24,000 bases of DNA from an uncultured Eubacteriales bacterium (GTDB taxonomy: Bacteria > Bacillota > Clostridia > Christensenellales > Aristaeellaceae), in assembly GCA_902767315.1 (NCBI GenBank), contig CACXHB010000112.1:1496-25495 (forward strand), read 5' to 3'. The stretch's first letter is position 1, and each line of letters begins with the position of its first letter. Positions 1 to 8,212 of the stretch are shown piece by piece. A program made the translations under genes and the position numbers. The notes below the pieces were generated by a model, which worked only from the letters and a program-made list of their open reading frames with translations, did no database searches and was not told the origin of the DNA.

Positions 1-1104
1 CTCGTTGAACATCACCCAGCTGAAGATGCAGGGATGGTTGAAATCCCGGTCAAATTCCCGGGGCCATTCCGCGTCGTAGGCCACCCGGGCGGTTTCGTCC
101 GGCTCGCCCCAGAAGCAGGGAATGTCCTGCATGATCAATACGCCCAGTTTGTCCATCCAGTAGAGCTTGCGGGGCTCCTCGCTCTTGATGTGAATGCGGG
201 CCATGTTCAGCCCCAGCCGCTTCAGCCGCCAGGCCTCGTCGTGCATGGACTTGTCGTCGGGATAAGTGAAATGCCCCTGGGGATGGAAGGCCTGATCCAG
301 GGTGCCGTTGATGTAAATGGGCTTGCCGTTCAAAAGAATGCGCCCGTTTTTGGCGGCCACTTCCCGGATGCCAAAGTAGGTTTCCACCCGGTCGTCCCCC
401 AGGATGATTTCTCCCTCGTACAACTCCGGGCATTCGGGAGACCATAGCCGGGTGTCGTCAAAATGCATGGCAATTTCCGCGCCGCCGTTTTCCACCGCGC
501 CGGAAAATTCCTTTCCGTCAAAGACTGCGGTCACCTTCGCGCCGTCGGCGGCGCAGGCCTTCACCCGCAGCGTCACGTCGCCGGAAATCTTCGTGTAAAA
601 CCGGAAGGAATCGATGTATTCCGGCCCGCGGTTTTCCAGCCATACCGTCTGCCAGATGCCCTGAATTTCGCCGTAGCCCTGCTTGCCGTAGGTCTGGTTT
701 TCCTTCTGATCATCCTCGGCCCGCACGACGATCTCGTTTTCGCCGTCCTGCCAGATCTCCGTCACTTCCATCTCGAAGGGATTGTATCCCCCCTGATGAT
801 GGCACAGATGCTTGCCGTTTACATATACGTCGCTGATATAATCCACCGCGCCGAAGCACAAAAACAGCCGGCCGCGCACTGGGAAAGAAACCGTGCGCCG
901 ATACCAGCCCACGCCCTTCACATTTTCCGCCACGCCGGACAGGGGGGAAACCCAGGAAAAGGGCACGGTAATCTGCCGGTCAAAGCCCTCGGGGGCGTCG
1001 GAGCCCACGCCGTCGGGCAGAAGCTTGAATTCCCATTGTCCGTTCAGGTTCAACCAGTCCCCGCGCTGCCGATCCGGGCGGGGAAATTCCATCTTGGGGA
1101 TCAT
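1..1104 (-). CDS. Glycoside hydrolase family 2 (beta-galactosidase/beta-glucuronidase-like), N-terminal 368 aa; the C-terminus lies beyond the left window edge
   Basis: Absent from the ORF track because there is no stop in the window. Hand translation of the reverse strand in the frame ending at 1104 gives MIPKMEFPRPDRQRGDWLNLNGQWEFKLLPDG...VKGVGWYRRTV...DYISDVYVNGKHLCHHQGGYNPFEMEVT...LNGKPIYINGTLDQAFHPQGHFTYPDD...RLKRLGLNMARIHIKSEEPRKLYWMDKLGVLIMQDIP...FNHPCIFSWVMFNE. This shows the GH2 order sugar-binding domain / Ig-like / TIM barrel and the NHP..W...NE acid-base motif. No in-frame stops seen. Alternative start ATG at 1090-1092. Confidence 0.8.
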   Translation of the reverse strand, partial: MIPKMEFPRPDRQRGDWLNLNGQWEFKLLPDGVGSDAPEGFDRQITVPFSWVSPLSGVAENVKGVGWYRRTVSFPVRGRLFLCFGAVDYISDVYVNGKHLCHHQGGYNPFEMEVTEIWQDGENEIVVRAEDDQKENQTYGKQGYGEIQGIWQTVWLENRGPEYIDSFRFYTKISGDVTLRVKACAADGAKVTAVFDGKEFSGAVENGGAEIAMHFDDTRLWSPECPELYEGEIILGDDRVETYFGIREVAAKNGRILLNGKPIYINGTLDQAFHPQGHFTYPDDKSMHDEAWRLKRLGLNMARIHIKSEEPRKLYWMDKLGVLIMQDIPCFWGEPDETARVAYDAEWPREFDRDFNHPCIFSWVMFNE

Positions 1105-1174
1105 TGCCTTCGACCTCACTTTCGTGCAATCATTTTAACATGCCCGGCAGGAAATGGCAATAGGCGGAATTTTC

Positions 1175-1203
1175 TGGATTTTCCCGGCAAAATCTGCTAT
1201 ACT
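1175..1203 (+). promoter_or_regulatory. Possible sigma-70 promoter for the ProX-like gene (-35 TGGATT, 17-nt spacer, -10 TATACT)
   Basis: TATACT at 1198-1203 lies about 35 nt upstream of the ATG at 1237. The -35 match is weak. The site sits in the divergent GH2/ProX intergenic region. Confidence 0.3.
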
Positions 1204-1236
1204 TTTTCTCAATCCCTTCAGAAAGGAGCCTCGCCC

Positions 1237-1728
1237 ATGTGGACCAAACAGGCCGTCTATCGCCTTCTGGAAGAATCCGACGTTCCTTATGAAAAAATCG
1301 AACACCCGGCGGTGTTCAATATGGCGGATCTGAACCAGCTCCATCTGCCTCACCCGGAAGCCGACGCCAAAAACCTCTTCGTGCGGGATGATAAAAAGCG
1401 CAATTATTATCTCATTACCGTCCATGGCGAAAAGCGCGTAGATCTGAAAGCCTTCCGCCAGACGCATCATACCCGCCCCCTGAGCTTTGCCGCCCCGGAG
1501 GAATTGCAGGAAAAACTGGGGCTTGCTCCCGGCGCCGTCACGCCCCTGGGCCTGCTCAACGACGAAACCCGGCAAATCCCCCTGTTTCTGGATTCGGATT
1601 TCGCCCCGGAAGGCCGCCTCATCTGCGTGCACCCCAACGAAAATACCGCCACAGTGCTTTTGCAGGCCCGGGACCTGGTGGCCCTGCTGGAAAAAGCCGG
1701 CCATCCCGTAGAATGGGCCGACCTCTAA
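1237..1728 (+). CDS. YbaK/ProX-family aminoacyl-tRNA editing (prolyl-tRNA synthetase-associated) domain protein, 163 aa
   Basis: This is the last third of track ORF 463..1728. The real start is the ATG at 1237, preceded by GAAAGGAG (1221-1228). Sequence MWTKQAVYRLLEESDVPYEKIEHPAVFNMADL...DAKNLFVRDDKKRNYYLITVHGEKRVDLKAF...LGLAPGAVTPLGLLND...VHPNENTATV matches free-standing ProX/PrdX-type deacylases. The upstream part of the track ORF is antisense to the GH2 gene. Confidence 0.8.
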   Translation: MWTKQAVYRLLEESDVPYEKIEHPAVFNMADLNQLHLPHPEADAKNLFVRDDKKRNYYLITVHGEKRVDLKAFRQTHHTRPLSFAAPEELQEKLGLAPGAVTPLGLLNDETRQIPLFLDSDFAPEGRLICVHPNENTATVLLQARDLVALLEKAGHPVEWADL

Positions 1729-1795
1729 CGCCGCAATCCAATCGCGACTGTTTCGTTCTTTCTTTTTCTTTCGCACGTGTCCCGAAGGAATGAAG

Positions 1796-1875
1796 AATGA
1801 AAAATGAAAAACGAAGCCCCCGCCTCCAATTCATTTTTCATTTCCCACTGCCCCAGCCTTCCCCCCTGGGGAAGG
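1796..1875. repeat. Intergenic double-hairpin element: 13-bp AT-rich inverted repeat plus a GC hairpin, REP-like
   Basis: AATGAAAAATGAA (1796-1808) and TTCATTTTTCATT (1830-1842) form a perfect 13-bp inverted repeat with a 21-nt spacer. It is followed by the hairpin CCTTCCCC-cct-GGGGAAGG (1857-1875) and GGTGGCCGAGCCCTGCGAGGCCGGATGAGG. Only one copy occurs in this window. Confidence 0.4.
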
Positions 1876-1931
1876 TGGCCGAGCCCTGCGAGGCCGGATG
1901 AGGTTCGCCCCCTAAAAACACAGCTGCCGTC

Positions 1932-1968
1932 AAAAAAACCCGCCTTCTGCAAAGAAAGCGGGGTTTTT
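1932..1968. terminator. Bidirectional intrinsic terminator between convergent genes
   Basis: AAAAAAA-CCCGC-(14-nt loop)-GCGGG-G-TTTTT. The A-run on one side and T-run on the other let it serve both the plus-strand ProX gene and the minus-strand gene ending at 1973. Confidence 0.6.
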
Positions 1969-1972
1969 CGCA

Positions 1973-3097
1973 TCAGTGGTTTCTCTCCAACTGCGTCATG
2001 CCCTGGGGCACGTCCAATGCGTTGTCCGTGGCGTAAATGTTGCCCATTTCGTCTCCGTAAACGTAATCGTACCGGTTGGGCACCTTCACGTGCCGCCCGT
2101 CGGCGGCGGTGTAATCGTCCTGGGAAAACAGATAATCCGAAAACCGCTCCTGCGTGTAATCATATTCCGATTCCGTCAGCCCCTGCACGCCGCTGCGGCA
2201 GGCAGTCTCGCCCGCGGCGAGAGAGCGGCTGTTGATCACGGATTCCCGAATCTGATTGGAAAGCTGCATGCAGGCGTTTGTGAACCCGTCGCTGGCGGAG
2301 GTGTTCAGCACAAACAGCTCGTATTCCCCCATCGCCGCCTCGTATTCCGCCGCCGGCGTGAGCATCAGGTAGACAAAGGGCACGTCCCAGATGATGTAGG
2401 AAATGTGCACCTGCAACCCGTCGCCGGCCATGTTCTGGGTCATCTGATAGGCCTCCACCGCCGTGGTCGCCACCGCCCGGTAGTCCACCCCGTCGATCTG
2501 CATCTCGTAGCTGCGCTGGGCCACGTCGAAAAACGCATCGTCCACCGATACCGTCCCGTCCCCGGCCACGAGTTCCGTCATCTGGTCGTACATCTGCCGC
2601 GTGTGCGCGTCCACCTGGGCCTGGGCCTCGGGGGTGATCTCCGCCTCGTCCGCAATGGTGATCTGCACCCCGGGATATTTCCCGGTCATCACCCGGTCCG
2701 CATAGCCCGCCGCCGTGGAAAAGGTCAGCATGGTGGTCATGGTGTTCACGTCCCATTGGCCGTCCTGATGGGTCAGCAGCTGCGCGCCGTTCATGGTGTA
2801 GTCCAGATATTGCACATACGCCGCAGGGGAAGCATAGGCAAATAACCGGTCCCCCGCCGGCGAAATCCCGCTGATCTCCAGCTGAATGGGATAACTCAGG
2901 CTCTGACCCGCGCCGCAGTAGGAAACCTGACTGCTTACCGTGTATTCCGCCGGCAGGGCGCACCGGCCCACCACGGCCCCGTCGCATTCCACCCGGGTCA
3001 CCTGTACCAGCGCCGCGCCCGATTCCCCCATGGCCCCCGCGGGCAGCAGCAGCGCCGCCAGCAAAATTGCCAGCCACCGAATTCCCGTTTTCTTCAT
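1973..3097 (-). CDS. Secreted protein of unknown function (374 aa, N-terminal signal peptide)
   Basis: Track ORF. MKKTGIRWLAILLAALLLPAGAMGES has a basic N-terminus plus a hydrophobic core typical of a Sec signal. A purine-rich RBS (GGGAGAGAGGGGAA) lies upstream. I recognise no domain. Codon usage is consistent with neighbouring genes. Confidence 0.6.
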   Translation of the reverse strand: MKKTGIRWLAILLAALLLPAGAMGESGAALVQVTRVECDGAVVGRCALPAEYTVSSQVSYCGAGQSLSYPIQLEISGISPAGDRLFAYASPAAYVQYLDYTMNGAQLLTHQDGQWDVNTMTTMLTFSTAAGYADRVMTGKYPGVQITIADEAEITPEAQAQVDAHTRQMYDQMTELVAGDGTVSVDDAFFDVAQRSYEMQIDGVDYRAVATTAVEAYQMTQNMAGDGLQVHISYIIWDVPFVYLMLTPAAEYEAAMGEYELFVLNTSASDGFTNACMQLSNQIRESVINSRSLAAGETACRSGVQGLTESEYDYTQERFSDYLFSQDDYTAADGRHVKVPNRYDYVYGDEMGNIYATDNALDVPQGMTQLERNH

Positions 3098-3119
3098 CTT
3101 CCGTTCCCCTCTCTCCCGA

Positions 3120-4190
3120 TTAGTTTCCCCATTTTTCCCATAGGATGCAGTATACGCTGTGGCCGCCCAGGTTGTCGCACCATACGTGCCAGGAGCAGGC
3201 CACTTTTCCTCCGTCAGCCACTGCCTTTATCTGGTCGCTGACGGCCTGCCAGTCCAGCTGCTGCCAGGCTACCGCGCCGTACACCACCGTCATTCCCTGG
3301 TCTCTCCGGGCGGCGTAGGCGTATTGGGCCAGCTCCGCCGCGCTGCCGAAGCCCAGCCCCTCCCGGCTGAAATACCATAAATCGTTCCGGGTCGCGGCGG
3401 CAATGTCCACCTGATTGGAGGCCTCGTTCCATTCATACGCCCCCGCCAGATCCCGGCCGATGTTCATGTAGGCATATCCCCATACGGCGCTGTCTTCCTT
3501 GTCGTCGTGGGTCACGTCCATGATGTACCATTCGCCTCCCAGCCGCAGGGCGTTCCAGCTGTGGCCCTCGCCGTTGCACGCGCCGGATTGCCTGCGCACC
3601 TCCAGCCCCGCCAGATTCCCCAGCAGCCAGAACGCGTCGGTATATCCCTGGCAGTTGGCCTCGCCGTCCACCAGCGCTCCCACCGCCCCGCAGACCCGGG
3701 GCATCTCCGGCCGTTCCTCGGGCATGGCCGTGTAGTTGACATGGGCGCACAGCCAGTCGTGAATGTATTTCGCCACCAGATACCCGTCGTCGCCGCCTGC
3801 CGCCCGGGCCTCCTGCGCCGCCTGCCGGGCGATGCCCATGGCCTGATATTCCTCCGCGTCCAGCCCGCCGGCGTCGCCGGTCGCCGCCGCGTGGTAAATC
3901 CGGCTCCCGGGATAGCAGGTCAGCTTCGCGGTAATCTGGTCCCCGGATACGTAGGTCGACACGCTGTATACCCCGGCCATTTCCCGAATCCGCTGCGCCT
4001 CGTTGTCCAGATCGCTGCCATCCCGGCCGATCACCCGAAAGGTCGCCTCCGCGGCCCCCTGATCCGCCTGCTGCCGCAGAAAATCTCCCGCGGCTTCCAG
4101 CGTGTCAAAAGTCGGCGCCTCCTCGCCCAGGGCCGGCAGCGCCCATACCAGTATCAGTATCGCCAGCAGGCCCGCAAGTTTCCTTCTCAT
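3120..4190 (-). CDS. Secreted transglutaminase-like (papain-fold Cys-His-Asp) domain protein
   Basis: Signal peptide MRRKLAGLLAILILVWALPALGEE. Core motifs are ANCQGYTDAF (Cys), GEGHSWNALRL (His) and WYIMDVTHDD (Asp), in the order and spacing of the transglutaminase-like superfamily. The start overlaps the GH5 stop by 4 nt (ATGA). Confidence 0.7.
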   Translation of the reverse strand: MRRKLAGLLAILILVWALPALGEEAPTFDTLEAAGDFLRQQADQGAAEATFRVIGRDGSDLDNEAQRIREMAGVYSVSTYVSGDQITAKLTCYPGSRIYHAAATGDAGGLDAEEYQAMGIARQAAQEARAAGGDDGYLVAKYIHDWLCAHVNYTAMPEERPEMPRVCGAVGALVDGEANCQGYTDAFWLLGNLAGLEVRRQSGACNGEGHSWNALRLGGEWYIMDVTHDDKEDSAVWGYAYMNIGRDLAGAYEWNEASNQVDIAAATRNDLWYFSREGLGFGSAAELAQYAYAARRDQGMTVVYGAVAWQQLDWQAVSDQIKAVADGGKVACSWHVWCDNLGGHSVYCILWEKWGN

Positions 4191-5869
4191 CCCTGTTCCC
4201 TTCCCCGGAAGGCCACGCTCCTGATCTGCACCCGGCCCTCCCGGCCCAGTATCTTCACCGTTTTTTCCGCCCCGGCGCTCAGCGTCATCGCCGGAATCGT
4301 CTCAAATTCATCCTCCCGTGAAATCGCGATGTCTCTTTCCTCCCCGTCGCAGGAAATCCGCAGCCGCCCCTTTCCCCGGGCGGTAATCTCCACCGGGCAT
4401 TCCTCCGTCACCGGATGCACGCTGTAGCAGGCGAATTCCCCCTCCTTCAGCGCCAGCAAAAGCTCCTCCAGCGGGCTTGCCGTGTTGGGCTTGCTGCCCG
4501 GCAGCATGGGCCCGTCCTGCACCTCCACGCCGTCCCGCAGCACCAGTTCCATGCCGTCCTCCGCGCGGAAGCACAGGGGGTTGCCCTCCCAGTTTTCCCC
4601 GTAAAAGCTTTCGCCCCGATGGCCGCCGTCGTAAGCCGCCCCGGGAATCTCCACGCCCTGCCGCCGCTGGCAGTACCGGTGTAGCTCCGCGTCTCCCCGG
4701 CAGTTTTCGAATTTCAGCCGCTCAATCAGCGCGTCGAACAGCGCCTGGGACTGGGCGTAAGTGGGCCGCGCCCCGCCCTGCATGGCGTAATCCAGTATCG
4801 CCTGGAACCCCTCCGGCAGATCGTATTTCACCGCCCCCGCCTCCGCGCCGGCCACCGTCTTCCAACACCACAGATTGAAGCCGATGCCCTCCCGGGCGGC
4901 GATTTCGTAAAATCCGCACATGTCGATGTTGTTGCTCTTGCCCTCGCCGATCCAGACGGGCACGTTCAGCCGCCGGGAAACCTCCAGAAATTTAAACAGG
5001 CTGCGCTTCTCCGGCCGGAAGGAATACATGTGCACGGAAAGGGCCCAGTTGCTGCATTCCGGGTCGAAATTCTTTTTGAACATCCGGGTGTCCGTGGCAA
5101 ACACCGGCCCTTCCAGAAACAGCAGATGGTTTTTGTCGTGCCGGCGAATCCGCCGGACGGCCTCGTCGTAAAAAGCCTCCAGTTCCGGCGTCAGGTGGTG
5201 CCACCGGGGAATGGAAATGGGCTCGTTCAATACGTCGTATCCCCCCACAATCCACCGCTGGCCGTATCGCCGGGCCAGCTCTTCCAATAACATCAGCGCC
5301 CGCTCCCGGCTTTCGGGCTCCAGGAACATGTGGGGCACGTTGTCCAGCCCGTCGTCGCACCAGAGCCCGGACTGTCCCCCCGGCGCGCCGTGGAGATCCA
5401 GTATGGCGTAAATCCGGTATTTTTCGCATGCGTCCAGCACCCGGGTGAGCATTTCAAAGCCCGCCTCGTCAAATTCGGCCTCCGGCTCCTCCGGCAGCAG
5501 CACCCACGCCGTCAGGGGCAGCCGGATGGAATTGTAGCCCAACCGGGCCATTTCCCGAATGTCCGCCTCCGCCAGATGGGCCGCGTGCCACCGGGGCCAG
5601 AATTCCCGGGCGTATTTCGTGCCGCAGGTCTCCCGAATCACCGTCGTCATGGTGCGCCCGGACTGAAACCGTCCCGGCAGCGCCAGTTCCGGACTCATGC
5701 AGCTTCCCATGTATTTTTCGCCAATGCCCACCATGAACCCCTCGGGATTGGTCCAGTTCCCCGCGCCCCAGCCCCGCAGGATGATCTCTTCTCCGTCGCC
5801 GTTGACGATCTTGCGCCCCTGGGCGTGGAGCATGCCCTTCACCCGGCTGTTGTCGTATCTGCTGCTCAT
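4187..5869 (-). CDS. Glycoside hydrolase family 5 (cellulase-family) protein with a C-terminal beta-sandwich-like extension; no signal peptide
   Basis: VNGDGEEIILRGWGAGNWTNPEGFMV, GYNSIRLPL, ILDLHGAPGGQSG, acid/base YDVLNEP and nucleophile region PVWIGEGK are GH5 hallmarks. AAGGAGAAGG RBS upstream. About 130 extra C-terminal residues. Confidence 0.75.
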   Translation of the reverse strand: MSSRYDNSRVKGMLHAQGRKIVNGDGEEIILRGWGAGNWTNPEGFMVGIGEKYMGSCMSPELALPGRFQSGRTMTTVIRETCGTKYAREFWPRWHAAHLAEADIREMARLGYNSIRLPLTAWVLLPEEPEAEFDEAGFEMLTRVLDACEKYRIYAILDLHGAPGGQSGLWCDDGLDNVPHMFLEPESRERALMLLEELARRYGQRWIVGGYDVLNEPISIPRWHHLTPELEAFYDEAVRRIRRHDKNHLLFLEGPVFATDTRMFKKNFDPECSNWALSVHMYSFRPEKRSLFKFLEVSRRLNVPVWIGEGKSNNIDMCGFYEIAAREGIGFNLWCWKTVAGAEAGAVKYDLPEGFQAILDYAMQGGARPTYAQSQALFDALIERLKFENCRGDAELHRYCQRRQGVEIPGAAYDGGHRGESFYGENWEGNPLCFRAEDGMELVLRDGVEVQDGPMLPGSKPNTASPLEELLLALKEGEFACYSVHPVTEECPVEITARGKGRLRISCDGEERDIAISREDEFETIPAMTLSAGAEKTVKILGREGRVQIRSVAFRGREQG

Positions 5870-5893
5870 GGCCCTTCTCCTTTTTGTCGCTTC

Positions 5894-6367
5894 TTATTTT
5901 GCCGCCGCCCGGGCCTTTTTCCGGGCCAGATATCGCTGCTCCGCCGCCTCGTATTCCAACCGCTCCTCGTCGTTTTGCAAAACCAGCCGGGGCGGGCGGA
6001 TGGAACGCTCTTCCTCGTCCAGGGCCACCATCACCAGATACGCCCGGTTGATGCGCTCCCGTTCCCCGTTCTGCCGGTCCACATAGGTTTCCACCTTCAC
6101 CTCAAAGGAGGTGTTGCCCACATACGTCACCTTGCCGATGATCTCCAGAATGTCCCCCAGCTTGGCGGCGGTGAGAAAGTCCAGTTTGTCGATGGCGGCG
6201 GTGGTTACCTCCGTGCCGCAATAACGCCGGCCCGTAATGCCGGCCACCATGTCGATCCACTCCAGCAGCCTGCCGCCGTAGAGCTTGCCCCGGGTGTTGA
6301 GATCCTGATACATCAGCATCCGGGTCTGCCGGGTCAGGGAATCCTGCACCGTGCTGGTCTTTTCCAT
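5894..6367 (-). CDS. Acyl-CoA thioesterase (hotdog fold, YciA/BFIT-like)
   Basis: MLMYQDLNTRGKLYGGRLLEWIDMVAGITGRRYCG...VTTAAIDKLDFLTAAKLGDILEIIGKVTYVGNTSFEVKVE is the typical hotdog acyl-CoA thioester hydrolase pattern. GGAGG RBS; 6-nt gap to recQ. Confidence 0.75.
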   Translation of the reverse strand: MEKTSTVQDSLTRQTRMLMYQDLNTRGKLYGGRLLEWIDMVAGITGRRYCGTEVTTAAIDKLDFLTAAKLGDILEIIGKVTYVGNTSFEVKVETYVDRQNGERERINRAYLVMVALDEEERSIRPPRLVLQNDEERLEYEAAEQRYLARKKARAAAK

Positions 6368-6373
6368 GGGAAC

Positions 6374-8095
6374 CTACCTCCTTTTCCACGTGCGGATGGC
6401 CCGCACGAAGTCCTTTCCGTAGCTTTTCTGTTTCGCCAGTCCCACCCCGGGCACGTCCATCAATTCCTCCAGACTCTCGGGCTTCTGCACGCTCATGGCC
6501 CGCAGGGTGGCGTCGGTAAAGATCACATACGCCGGCACGCTGCGGCTCAGGGCGATTTCCTTTCGCACCGCCCGCAGATGCTCGAACAGCTCCTCGTCCG
6601 CCGGCTCCAGCGCCGGGGCGTTCTTCCGCCGGGCGGGCCGCGCCGCCTCCGGTGTCAGGGTCAGGGTCACGTCTCGGGCCTCTCCGGCGCAATTGCCGCA
6701 TCCGCCGCACCGCCCCGGGGCTTCCTCGCCAAAATAATTCAATATGCTGGCCCGCAGACAGCCCGTCTCCTGGCAATAGTCGATCATGGCCTCCAGCCGC
6801 TTCCGGGCCGTGGCCTGCACCCGCCGCAGCTGTTCCGGGGAAAGCTCCGCTTCCTCACCCATGTGCTGAATGAAATATCGCCGGGTAAAAATGTCCCGCC
6901 GGGAATAAAGCAGTGTGCATTCCGCCGGCTCGCCGTCCCGGCCCGCCCGGCCCGCCTCCTGATAATAGCTTTCCAAATCCCCGGGCATGGCGTAATGAAT
7001 CACAAACCGCACGTCGCTTTTGTCAATGCCCATGCCGAAGGCGTTGGTGGCCACCATCACCCGGCATTTGTCCAGGGCAAAGGCCTCCTGATTTTCCCGG
7101 CGTTCCTGGTCGGAAAGCCCCGCGTGATACCGCGTGGCGGAAATTCCCCGCCCGTTCAGCATTTCGCATACGCTTTCCACCTCCTTGCGGGTGGCGCAGT
7201 ATACAATGCCGCTTTTCCCGGCGTATTCCGCCGCCAGCCGCAAAAGGGTCTCGTCCTTCCGGGCCGGCTCCAATACCCGGAAATATAAATTCGGCCGGTC
7301 AAAACCCGTGACGCATACAAAGGGATTTTCCAGCCCCAGCAGCCGCACAATGTCCTCCCGCACCGCCTGAGTGGCCGTGGCCGTAAAGGCGCATAAGTAG
7401 GGCCTGCGGGGCAGCCGCCGGATGAAATCCGGAATTTCCAGATACCCCGGCCGGAAATCCTGTCCCCATTGGGAAATGCAGTGGGCCTCGTCCACCGCCA
7501 CCAGGCTTGGGGGCTGCTTCTCCATCAGCGAAAGAAACCTCGGGGTGTTCAGCCGCTCCGGGGCCACGTATAATATCCGATATTTCCCCGCCCCGGCGTT
7601 GTCCAGGGCCAGATCCATCTGCCGGGCCGTCAGCGAACTGTTCAGATACGCCGCGCTGACCCCCGCCTGCTTCAGCGCCGCCACCTGATCCTTCATCAGG
7701 GAAATCAGCGGCGAAATCACCACCGCGCATCCCTCTAACATCAGCGCCGGCACCTGATAGCACAGGGATTTCCCCGCTCCCGTGGGCATCACCCCCAGGG
7801 TGTCCCGCCCGGAAAGGATGGAATCGATCAGCGTCTCCTGCCCGTCCCGGAAATCGTCGTATCCGAAGTATCGCTTCAATACCTCGTGCTTTCCCATTCC
7901 CACCGGGCTGGGGGGCGGGGCCTCCCTTTGAGGCGCGGTTCCCCTTTCCCATTCCGCCGCGGGGCATAAAAGGGCCTCTTCCCCCTCCTCCGGGCGATAT
8001 ACCGCCCAGATTCCGCCGTCCGAAGCCCGGGCCAGGGTCAGAAGCGTCACCTCCCGGCCCCATAGCCGGTATTTCCCCGGGGCATATCCGCGCAT
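6374..8095 (-). CDS. recQ: ATP-dependent DNA helicase RecQ (helicase core, Zn/RQC and HRDC domains), with a ~66-aa N-terminal extension if the first ATG is used
   Basis: LKRYFGYDDFRDGQETLIDSILSGRDTLGVMPTGAGKSLCYQVPAL, DEAHCISQWGQDFRPGY, cysteine cluster CRASILNYFGEE..CGGCGNC, and a C-terminal HRDC-like LFEHLRAVRKEIALSRSVPAYVIFTDATLRAMS. An alternative start at 7897 (MGKHEVLKRYFGYDDF) would give a canonical N-terminus. Confidence 0.9.
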   Translation of the reverse strand: MRGYAPGKYRLWGREVTLLTLARASDGGIWAVYRPEEGEEALLCPAAEWERGTAPQREAPPPSPVGMGKHEVLKRYFGYDDFRDGQETLIDSILSGRDTLGVMPTGAGKSLCYQVPALMLEGCAVVISPLISLMKDQVAALKQAGVSAAYLNSSLTARQMDLALDNAGAGKYRILYVAPERLNTPRFLSLMEKQPPSLVAVDEAHCISQWGQDFRPGYLEIPDFIRRLPRRPYLCAFTATATQAVREDIVRLLGLENPFVCVTGFDRPNLYFRVLEPARKDETLLRLAAEYAGKSGIVYCATRKEVESVCEMLNGRGISATRYHAGLSDQERRENQEAFALDKCRVMVATNAFGMGIDKSDVRFVIHYAMPGDLESYYQEAGRAGRDGEPAECTLLYSRRDIFTRRYFIQHMGEEAELSPEQLRRVQATARKRLEAMIDYCQETGCLRASILNYFGEEAPGRCGGCGNCAGEARDVTLTLTPEAARPARRKNAPALEPADEELFEHLRAVRKEIALSRSVPAYVIFTDATLRAMSVQKPESLEELMDVPGVGLAKQKSYGKDFVRAIRTWKRR

Positions 8096-8140
8096 GGCCT
8101 TCCCTCGCTCCCTCGTAAAAATGCTTCTCTATAACACGCC

Positions 8141-8170
8141 GAAAACGCCCGAAGCACTTTCGGACGTTTT
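8141..8170 (-). terminator. Putative intrinsic terminator ending the eight-gene T-box operon
   Basis: On the minus strand: ACGUCCGAA-AGUGC-UUCGGGCGU (9-bp stem with one mismatch) followed by UUUCGG. It lies about 45 nt after the stop at 8213. The U-run is short. Confidence 0.45.
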
Positions 8171-8212
8171 GACCGGGCCGGGAGGATGTTTTTCCCCCCG
8201 ACCGCCTTTCGT

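Noticed and set aside
463-1236. N-terminal 258 aa of the 421-aa track ORF 463..1728.
   Set aside because: This part is antisense to the GH2 gene and has no RBS. The recognisable ProX/YbaK sequence only begins at the ATG at 1237, which has a GAAAGGAG RBS.
1804-2235. 143-aa plus-strand ORF spanning the intergenic hairpins and the 3' end of the 1973..3097 gene.
   Set aside because: It begins inside the AT-rich inverted repeat and crosses a terminator. It is then antisense to a gene with a good signal peptide and RBS, and its translation is Pro/Arg/Ser-rich junk.
5330-7288. 652-aa plus-strand ORF. Other long plus-strand ORFs of the same kind: 9026..10756, 10393..12159, 11885..13321, 14641..16485, 16789..19260 and 19856..21826.
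   Set aside because: All lie antisense to minus-strand genes with clear family motifs (RecQ, acyl-CoA synthetases, OFOR, BCAT, SBP). Their translations are low-complexity runs rich in Arg, Gly, Pro, His and Val, with no recognisable motifs. This is the usual stop-poor antisense frame of GC-rich coding DNA.
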